Below are positions 1-5,545 of a DNA stretch of 12,202 nt, piece by piece. Where the stretch lies: IMG/VR virus record IMGVR_UViG_3300036828_000401; one strand, 5' to 3'. Origin of the DNA: a virus. Each line of letters starts with the position of its first letter. The first letter of the stretch is position 1. The notes below the pieces were generated by a model that ran no database searches, had not been told where the DNA came from, and saw nothing but the letters and a program-made list of their open reading frames with translations. Position numbers and translations under genes: made by a program.

Positions 1-312
1 GGCATGGGCATAGGCGCGCCAAACCGGACCATGATCCGATCGGCCGTGTTCATGGGTTTGTATGACGTGTGCTAGTTCATGCAAGAACACGTCGCGCAAA
101 CCTTCGCCGCTTAGGCGACGATGCAAACCAACGCTTTCTTTGTAGCGCTCGCCTGTCGCGATGCTGCGCGTAGACTTGTAGTAACCTGCGCGCCTTATTT
201 GGCGCATCCGTACTACCGGAATCCGCGCGATGGCCGGCCATTGGTCGCCCGCAACTTTGTGTAGCGTATCGATTAAGCCTAGTGCTCGCGCGTAGTCTTG
301 GATTGTTTCCAT
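1..312 (-). CDS. SprT-like zinc metalloprotease, partial (C-terminus off the left edge)
   Basis: Reverse-strand reading from ATG at 312, directly behind the GGAGACAGGCACA leader, is open for 104 codons to the window edge: METIQDYARALGLIDTLHKVAGDQWPAIARIPVVRMRQIRRAGYYKSTRSIATGERYKESVGLHRRLSGEGLRDVFLHELAHVIQTHEHGRSDHGPVWRAYAHA. HELAH (HExxH) plus downstream H and HGPVWR matches the SprT/Wss1-like pattern. Absent from the supplied ORF track because it is open at the edge. Confidence 0.85.
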   Translation of the reverse strand, partial: METIQDYARALGLIDTLHKVAGDQWPAIARIPVVRMRQIRRAGYYKSTRSIATGERYKESVGLHRRLSGEGLRDVFLHELAHVIQTHEHGRSDHGPVWRAYAHA

Positions 313-325
313 TGTGCCTGTCTCC
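310..325 (-). promoter_or_regulatory. Translation-initiation leader, perfect copy GGAGACAGGCACAATG
   Basis: Plus-strand cattgtgcctgtctcc. Other perfect copies at 436-451, 1433-1448, 1573-1588 and 3042-3057; variants at 2005-2020, 2346-2361, 3371-3386 and 3489-3501. Confidence 0.85.
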
Positions 326-339
326 GATCGATTTTCGTT

Positions 340-438
340 TCAACCTTGCTTAACTTGTCTTGGTGAGAATAGAAAGCAAGTAATCTTTGGGTTGGCTTCG
401 GCTCGCGAGCCAATTAGCGCCCACATTATGATATTCAT
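340..438 (-). CDS. 32-aa micro-ORF MNIIMWALIGSRAEANPKITCFLFSPRQVKQG
   Basis: ATG at 438 immediately follows a perfect GGAGACAGGCACA leader; its start overlaps the upstream ORF stop (ATGA). Confidence 0.5.
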   Translation of the reverse strand: MNIIMWALIGSRAEANPKITCFLFSPRQVKQG

Positions 439-623
439 TGTGCCTGTCTCCCTTGGTTCTCGATTAGCTCGAAATGATAGATTGTCTCTTGGTCTAGGCC
501 ATTGCGCACATTGTGTAATCGATAGCATGGCCAGCAAACTAAAAGGCCTTGGTCTTTATCGCGGCCGCACATAGGACAATGTTCGCTAGCGCGGATGTTT
601 GGATAATCGATTGTGTAATTCAT
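435..623 (-). CDS. Small zinc-ribbon-like protein (62 aa)
   Basis: Open reading frame with CPMC...CWPC cysteine pairs; start overlaps the stop of the Gp88-like gene (ATGA at 620-623), suggesting translational coupling. Confidence 0.65.
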   Translation of the reverse strand: MNYTIDYPNIRASEHCPMCGRDKDQGLLVCWPCYRLHNVRNGLDQETIYHFELIENQGRQAQ

Positions 624-1435
624 GCTGCTAATCTCTCCGATACAGCCTTAGCCCTAGCTTGGTTAACCTTGGTCTTGGGCGAGTATGAACTTAGGCCTTT
701 AAGCGCCTTTAGCGCTTCGGCCGCTCGCGAACCTTTAGGTTGAACGCTATGAATTAACAGCGCGAATTGATGGCACTTAGGATCAAAGGCGTGACTATCA
801 TCGTGGTCAATCTCAAGGCCTAAGCGCGAAGCTTCTTCGATCGAAAAGACTACGATCGCGGATCGAAGATTGTGCTTTTGAATAAGACCATCCCATAGCC
901 CGCCATAGCTCGCAGTTATAATCAGGTTTGCTGGCACGCTAGCGCGATTGTCAATCCATGTTCGGATAGACTTAGTGTAAGCGTAGAAAATGAGCGAAGG
1001 GTTACGCTTCGCAACTTCGCACCAAGCTAGAAAATACGCTTGATTAAAGAAGTCTCCCGAAACGTGGATACGGATAACGTTGGTCTTAGCCGGAAGGGTT
1101 AAGAGCGATCGCGAGATTAGATCCGCCATCGCGGCACTATCGTTTAGGTGCTTCTTGAGCAGATCGAAGTTATGCCAGCGCTGGCGTCTAGTGTCCTCAT
1201 ACTGGTTTTCTTCATTCGCAGCGAAGCATTGAAACGCCAAAGGCAGATCCGAATTGGTATTGGTTAATCCGCCTTGGCGTCCAACCTTGGCCTTGCAAAG
1301 GCTGGCACCTGGGCAGGTCCATCCGGCCGGTAAGCTAATTGTCTTGGCGTAGATTCCCTTGGTGCGCAAAGCGCGAAGCTTCGCGTTGGCGTCCGAGAAT
1401 TTGAGCCAACCTTTACTAGAGTAAACTTTTTTCAT
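620..1435 (-). CDS. Gp88-family phage protein (gene product 88-like), 271 aa
   Basis: Start placed at ATG 1435 behind the perfect leader rather than at the track's TTG at 1465. Motifs LPAGWTCPGASLCKAKV and RIHVSGDFFNQAYFLAWCEVAKRNPSLIFYAYTKS resemble the actinobacteriophage Gp88 family. Confidence 0.8.
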   Translation of the reverse strand: MKKVYSSKGWLKFSDANAKLRALRTKGIYAKTISLPAGWTCPGASLCKAKVGRQGGLTNTNSDLPLAFQCFAANEENQYEDTRRQRWHNFDLLKKHLNDSAAMADLISRSLLTLPAKTNVIRIHVSGDFFNQAYFLAWCEVAKRNPSLIFYAYTKSIRTWIDNRASVPANLIITASYGGLWDGLIQKHNLRSAIVVFSIEEASRLGLEIDHDDSHAFDPKCHQFALLIHSVQPKGSRAAEALKALKGLSSYSPKTKVNQARAKAVSERLAA

Positions 1436-1449
1436 TGTGCCTGTCTCCG

Positions 1450-1471
1450 AATCCTTTTCGGTCAAAGGATT
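1450..1471 (-). promoter_or_regulatory. Hairpin between two GGAGACAG copies upstream of the Gp88-like gene
   Basis: AATCCTTT-tcggtc-AAAGGATT perfect 8-bp stem, flanked by ctgtctcc at 1441-1448 and 1474-1481. Confidence 0.5.
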
Positions 1472-1509
1472 AACTGTCTCCGATCTATTAGACGTAGCGA
1501 AGCGCTTGG

Positions 1510-1575
1510 TTATTCAACGTTAGCTAGCCAAATAAGAAAACCGATTATTATGCCGATTATCACTAAGATAAACAT
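1510..1575 (-). CDS. 21-aa hydrophobic micro-ORF MFILVIIGIIIGFLIWLANVE
   Basis: ATG at 1575 follows a perfect GGAGACAGGCACA leader; peptide is one potential transmembrane helix. Too short for the ORF track. Confidence 0.5.
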   Translation of the reverse strand: MFILVIIGIIIGFLIWLANVE

Positions 1576-1590
1576 TGTGCCTGTCTCCGC

Positions 1591-2007
1591 TTAGATTGCT
1601 CGCGAGCTATCAAACGTTGCGCTGTTAACGATCGCGGTAATATCCGCATTGTAGAACATGGTAAATCGGTTTGGTCCCATCCGCTTATGGCCTTTCTCCG
1701 CGCCTAGGTATTCTGGCCATTCTTCAAAGCGGAACATGATGCAAGCGCGGCCGTCTAGAAGATTGTGGTGTGCCATCACATAGACGCTAGCACTAGGCCG
1801 ATTGCGCAATCGCGCGTGAAAGGTTACCTCTCCCATAACTGCAGATCCGCCAGCATTGTAGCGAACGGCCGATACTTCAAACGCGCGTGTTTCCAATTCG
1901 CGCTTGATAGCTCGCATAACCTTTCTGGCCTGTAATTCCCATGATCGTTTATTGTCACTAACCGCGTCTCCGCGATTGACGCCTAGTAACTTGCTCATTG
2001 TGTCCAT
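1591..2007 (-). CDS. Hypothetical protein, 138 aa (alternative start at 1998)
   Basis: ATG at 2007 follows the leader with one mismatch (GGAGACAGGAACAATG). ORF ends adjacent to the next leader. Confidence 0.7.
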   Translation of the reverse strand: MDTMSKLLGVNRGDAVSDNKRSWELQARKVMRAIKRELETRAFEVSAVRYNAGGSAVMGEVTFHARLRNRPSASVYVMAHHNLLDGRACIMFRFEEWPEYLGAEKGHKRMGPNRFTMFYNADITAIVNSATFDSSRAI

Positions 2008-2105
2008 TGTTCCTGTCTCCCTGTCTCCAATACTTAGAACTGACCTAAGCGCTTGGTTATTCATTCAATTTGCGTTTCAACCTTGCTAACGTAGTCTTGG
2101 TGCCT

Positions 2106-2348
2106 TTAGTCCAAAACCCGTGCGATACGATCCGCAAAATCACTAGCCTTAACCGCGCCGTCAAAGCACTTAGACGCAAACGTGATATAACCCGAAGCTT
2201 TCGCGTTCTTAGAAAACGTCAAAAGTACTTCGCTCATAGCGTTGGCGATTGCTTCCATGCTGTAGTGTTCGCTTAGGTCGCGGATCGTGTTCTCTAGGTT
2301 CGCTCTCTCGCGATCGTTATACGCTTCCCGGTAGTTTGCTCGTTTCAT
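2106..2348 (-). CDS. Hypothetical protein, 80 aa (MKRANYREAYNDRERANLENTIRDLSEHYSMEAIANAMSEVLLTF...)
   Basis: ATG at 2348 follows a variant leader (GGAGACAGGGAAAATG); mostly helical-looking sequence. Confidence 0.7.
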   Translation of the reverse strand: MKRANYREAYNDRERANLENTIRDLSEHYSMEAIANAMSEVLLTFSKNAKASGYITFASKCFDGAVKASDFADRIARVLD

Positions 2349-2412
2349 TTTCCCTGTCTCCTTAATTTGCCTTGCTAGGGAGACAGGCCTAGGGTTTGAC
2401 CTAGGCCTGTCT
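2346..2412 (-). promoter_or_regulatory. Putative RNA switch over the ribosome-binding site of the 80-aa gene
   Basis: On the minus-strand transcript, AGACAGGCCTAGG-TCAAAC-CCTAGGCCTGTCT is a perfect 13-bp inverted repeat (2400-2412 / 2381-2393). The CCTGTCTCC part (2379-2387) can instead pair over 9 nt with the GGAGACAGG Shine-Dalgarno segment (2353-2361). Confidence 0.5.
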
Positions 2413-2423
2413 AGTACCAAGGT

Positions 2424-3044
2424 TTAATAGATAGACTTGTCTCCGATCGCGTTCTTGCCTTTGACGGTAATCGCGCCGGCCTTATTGAGATATCCGGCGT
2501 CAATCAAGCTAGCTTTGGCGCTATTCCAACGATCGCGGGTTATAGGTTCGGGTTTGCTCGGATCGAATCTTCTAGACGATCGCATGTCTTCGATTGCCAT
2601 ATCGCAGCGATCGCGGCCGGCGTATGAGCTTTTACGACCGCGCGTATAGGCCAGCACCAAGGTTTGATCTTCGGTTAGCGCGGCCGATTGCTCGGTTATC
2701 AGAAGCGCTGCGTTAGATGGTCCAACAATGATGGTTAGACCTAGGTCTTTACCGCAAAAAATTGTGTGTTGGACGCAAGCAAACCCGGCCGGGATAGTCA
2801 CGCTATCAGCGCCTTGGATCTGCCGATCGAAACCCGATTGCGCTGGCATGGCCATTGTTTCGTACGTAGTCAGATTGACAAACGTGAAATAGTCGCGTGA
2901 TCCGCCATCCCAATAGGATCTAACGTCTATGGGATAGTCGCGAATTTCGATCGCGAATTTCTTACCGCGATATGCTGGAAACGCTACGCCAACGATCCGC
3001 GAAGTAAGCGGATCAAGCTTGTCTAGATAAATTCGGTTAGCCAT
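2424..3044 (-). CDS. Hypothetical protein, 206 aa (MANRIYLDKLDPLTSRIVGVAFPAYRGKKFAIE...)
   Basis: ATG at 3044 follows a perfect leader; long open frame. Confidence 0.75.
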   Translation of the reverse strand: MANRIYLDKLDPLTSRIVGVAFPAYRGKKFAIEIRDYPIDVRSYWDGGSRDYFTFVNLTTYETMAMPAQSGFDRQIQGADSVTIPAGFACVQHTIFCGKDLGLTIIVGPSNAALLITEQSAALTEDQTLVLAYTRGRKSSYAGRDRCDMAIEDMRSSRRFDPSKPEPITRDRWNSAKASLIDAGYLNKAGAITVKGKNAIGDKSIY

Positions 3045-3057
3045 TGTGCCTGTCTCC
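3042..3057 (-). promoter_or_regulatory. Translation-initiation leader, perfect copy, with second GGAGACAG core 12 nt upstream (3062-3069)
   Basis: Plus-strand cattgtgcctgtctccttatctgtctcc. Confidence 0.8.
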
Positions 3058-3130
3058 TTATCTGTCTCCTTTATAGATTGGACGCCAAAGCGCTTCGGTT
3101 TATTCAAAGCGCCTTGGCAATATCGATCGG

Positions 3131-3373
3131 TTAATCTTGACGTTGACCGCAATTGAGGCAATCGCAATCGGGCGGATGGCTATGGCAATCAATCTCGTCT
3201 ATGGTCGCAAAATCCGCGACTTGACCATTAGGCCAGCGCCAACGGGTTAGGCGGCCGAATTGATAAACTCGGACGCCACAATATCTACAAGCTTTACCGT
3301 AGTAAGCATTGCGTTCGCCGGATGGCGGGATAAACCGAACCTTGATCCAATTGTGTTTCGATCGTTCATTCAT
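3131..3373 (-). CDS. Small Cys/His-rich protein, putative zinc finger, 80 aa
   Basis: ATG at 3373 behind leader variant GGAGACAGGCACTATG; CRYCG and CDCLNCG cysteine clusters with HSH. Confidence 0.65.
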   Translation of the reverse strand: MNERSKHNWIKVRFIPPSGERNAYYGKACRYCGVRVYQFGRLTRWRWPNGQVADFATIDEIDCHSHPPDCDCLNCGQRQD

Positions 3374-3395
3374 AGTGCCTGTCTCCCTGAATTGG

Positions 3396-3491
3396 CTATT
3401 TAGTCGCGATCGCGACTACGGTTAGAACGCAAACGCCAACGGCCGAAGCGTAGAACGCAAGGCCGAAGAACCAAAGTACTTTGTCTATCAT
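3396..3491 (-). CDS. 31-aa hydrophobic micro-ORF MIDKVLWFFGLAFYASAVGVCVLTVVAIATK
   Basis: ATG at 3491 follows a shortened leader (GGAGACAGGCATG); single predicted transmembrane segment. First gene of the minus-strand operon. Confidence 0.5.
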   Translation of the reverse strand: MIDKVLWFFGLAFYASAVGVCVLTVVAIATK

Positions 3492-3585
3492 GCCTGTCTC
3501 CATTTCAGATTCTAAACGCGCTATCCATATATAGCGAAGCGCTTAGCTTGTGTCTATAGATGAGACGCAATCGGCCTAGGATATA

Positions 3586-3612
3586 TTCAACCTAGGGAGA
3601 GAATAGGTTGGA
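3586..3612. repeat. Inverted repeat / hairpin
   Basis: TTCAACCTA-gggagagaa-TAGGTTGGA, 9 bp with one G-T wobble. Confidence 0.5.
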
Positions 3613-3682
3613 CGCTATCGGACGAAGCGCTGTTAAGGCCTGTCTTGGCTATCCGGCCGAACGGCCGTCTAATAGATCCTAA

Positions 3683-3713
3683 GTTAGTCCAAACCCAACG
3701 GGTTTGGTCTAAC
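3683..3713. repeat. 31-bp near-perfect palindrome
   Basis: GTTAGtCCAAACCC-aac-GGGTTTGGtCTAAC: 13 pairs plus one T/T mismatch, 3-nt loop. Confidence 0.65.
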
Positions 3714-3815
3714 GCCTATTCGCTCTAGCGTCTCACACCATTGCCAACGGGCTACGCGGGTTAACCTAAAGTGCATTGGTGAGTATTCGCGAATTACTAT
3801 AGGTATTAGTACCAC

Positions 3816-3848
3816 GTCAGGAGTAGCACCCTGGCTGTCAGGAATAGC
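3816..3848. promoter_or_regulatory. Pair of 12-bp direct repeats, 21 bp apart
   Basis: GTCAGGAGTAGC at 3816-3827 and GTCAGGAATAGC at 3837-3848 in the non-coding divergent region. Confidence 0.35.
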
Positions 3849-4077
3849 GGAATGACTGACTATTCATGGGTAGCGGGTGATCGCATAAAGACGATTATGT
3901 CAACTAGCGCCGCCTATGCGCGCTGAGAGCGCGCGGGGGAGGGACTGTGCGCGCGGGGATACCTTACCGGCCCACCCTTTCGCGGTAGGCTCTCCCCGAA
4001 TGTAACGTATCAACCCGCGTCTCTTTTCACTGGGGGGATTTCCTGGTAGGGGGAGGGGAGGACAATGGGGGGCAGTC

Positions 4078-4320
4078 ATGTTGATAGATGAAGTGACGGC
4101 GATGTCCAAGTCCCAGCAGGCACGCGCCAATGTGTTGGAGCGGCTGCGTATCGAGCTGTGGCACTTGGACTTCATGGACCAGACCAAGGTCGCCGAAGAA
4201 TTAATCAGCGACCTGACCGTGTGCTTGCAGCAGGCGCGCAGTAAGAAGGTCGAGTCCCTCCCCAGACCCAGCAGCAGCGCCAAACTGTTACCTCCCTTTG
4301 TGCCAAAGAAACAGCCCTAG
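4078..4320 (+). CDS. Hypothetical protein, 80 aa
   Basis: ORF from ATG with purine-rich upstream region (gacaatggggggcagtcATG). Confidence 0.5.
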   Translation: MLIDEVTAMSKSQQARANVLERLRIELWHLDFMDQTKVAEELISDLTVCLQQARSKKVESLPRPSSSAKLLPPFVPKKQP

Positions 4321-4367
4321 GCTTTGACATAGCGCTTGCCCAAGTGCTACGGTTCCTCCGGACTAAG

Positions 4368-4390
4368 CTGATTCTTTCCGAAAGGATCAG
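4368..4390 (+). promoter_or_regulatory. 23-nt palindromic hairpin in intergenic gap
   Basis: CTGATTCTTTC-c-GAAAGGATCAG, full pairing with one wobble. Confidence 0.45.
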
Positions 4391-4465
4391 GGCTAAGGAG
4401 AGCTGCTACGACATTACTCGCTCGATTTCAGGCAACGACGCACACCTATCTCCGGGGAGAATCAA

Positions 4466-5041
4466 TTGACCATCACCGAAGCGCTCGCAGAGATAAAGAC
4501 CATCGCTAAACGCATCGCGACCAAGCGTGAGTTCGTAGCCGGCTATCTGCTGCGCCATGAGGAAATCAGAGACCCGTTGGAAAAGGATGGTGGGTCCACG
4601 GAGCAACTACGCAGGGAGCGCCAAGCGATTGCAGATCTGGAGGAGCGGGTGATTGCCATTCGGGCGGCGATAGCCAACAGCAACGCCAACACCAAGATCA
4701 CGGTGGGTGGTATCACCCGGTCGGTCACTGAGTGGCTGGCGTGGCGCAAAGAGGTGGCCCCAGGTGCCGGGGTATTTCTCACCCAGCTTCGCAATCGCAT
4801 CGACCAAGTCCGTCAGGCTCAGGCCCGTGGTCAAGTCCCCAGAACCGTTGGTCCGGAACTGGCGGCCTTGTCGGTGCGTGCTACTGCGCGCTCGGGCAAT
4901 GAACGCGAGAAGCCCCCGGAGATCATCATCAATATAGATGAGAAGGCGCTATCTACTGAGAGCGAGAAGCACGAGGAGATCCTCGGCCAGCTCGATGGGC
5001 AACTGTCACTGAAGAACGCCACCACGGAAATCAGGATCTAG
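4466..5041 (+). CDS. Hypothetical coiled-coil-like phage protein, 191 aa
   Basis: TTG start preceded by GGGGAGA; long ORF, charged heptad-like N-terminal half. Confidence 0.7.
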   Translation: MTITEALAEIKTIAKRIATKREFVAGYLLRHEEIRDPLEKDGGSTEQLRRERQAIADLEERVIAIRAAIANSNANTKITVGGITRSVTEWLAWRKEVAPGAGVFLTQLRNRIDQVRQAQARGQVPRTVGPELAALSVRATARSGNEREKPPEIIINIDEKALSTESEKHEEILGQLDGQLSLKNATTEIRI

Positions 5042-5046
5042 GTGAG

Positions 5047-5241
5047 ATGGATAACCAGCCTCACGTCGGAGTGTGTGTCTGCGGTTCCTACACCATGCTC
5101 TTTAGTTTTTGGTATCCCCCCGAAGTGGTAACTCCCAATGTTCAGTGGTACTGCCGCTGCTGTTGGGACTTGGCGGAGAGGCTGGATAAAAATCAATTGA
5201 CCCCTGAACAGGTTGCGAGACTCCGACGTGTACGGTCGTGA
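5047..5241 (+). CDS. Small Cys-rich protein, 64 aa
   Basis: AGGTGAG upstream of ATG; CVCG and CRCC cysteine pairs. Confidence 0.6.
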   Translation: MDNQPHVGVCVCGSYTMLFSFWYPPEVVTPNVQWYCRCCWDLAERLDKNQLTPEQVARLRRVRS

Positions 5242-5342
5242 CAGCGCTGCAAACGGTCAGAGTGATCAGCCTTGTGATCCTCGTGTTGGTGATACTCGCG
5301 ACGGTGGGGATCGCGGTGGACTATCTGGTGACCGTTCTATGA
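5238..5342 (+). CDS. 34-aa membrane micro-ORF (V/M)TALQTVRVISLVILVLVILATVGIAVDYLVTVL
   Basis: GTG start overlaps upstream TGA (GTGA, 5238-5241); its TGA overlaps the next ATG (ATGA, 5339-5342); one hydrophobic helix. Confidence 0.55.
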   Translation: MTALQTVRVISLVILVLVILATVGIAVDYLVTVL

Positions 5343-5545
5343 CCGCACCAACGCCACGAGCGCAAAGGGCAAGGCTCTTCCGGGCGTTTGTCGCGGGGTG
5401 GAACGCCGCGCGGGGACTGCACCCCGACAATCGTAATACCGGAGAACTGATGCAGCAGGCGTGGCGCTTGTTCGAAACAGAGGGAAAGATACTCAAACCA
5501 AAAAAGGCTTTGGCAATTTCAACAGCGAAACGGGAGAAACGGTGA
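5339..5545 (+). CDS. Hypothetical protein, 68 aa (MTAPTPRAQRARLFRAFVAGWNAARGLHPDN...)
   Basis: ATG at 5339 in frame with the ORF in the track and coupled to the upstream micro-ORF stop; preferred over the listed start at 5213. Confidence 0.6.
   Translation: MTAPTPRAQRARLFRAFVAGWNAARGLHPDNRNTGELMQQAWRLFETEGKILKPKKALAISTAKREKR

Noticed and set aside
77-343. Minus-strand 88-aa ORF
   Set aside because: Overlaps the SprT-like frame that begins at the conserved leader and has a clear metalloprotease motif; composition of the 88-aa frame is Arg-rich out-of-frame noise.
3852-3926. Possible 24-aa leader peptide MTDYSWVAGDRIKTIMSTSAAYAR
   Set aside because: No good ribosome-binding site or overlap evidence; could be chance.
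3900-4283. 127-aa minus-strand ORF in the divergent region
   Set aside because: Lacks the conserved leader, overlaps the plus-strand gene at 4078, and has low-complexity Ser/Arg/Pro composition.
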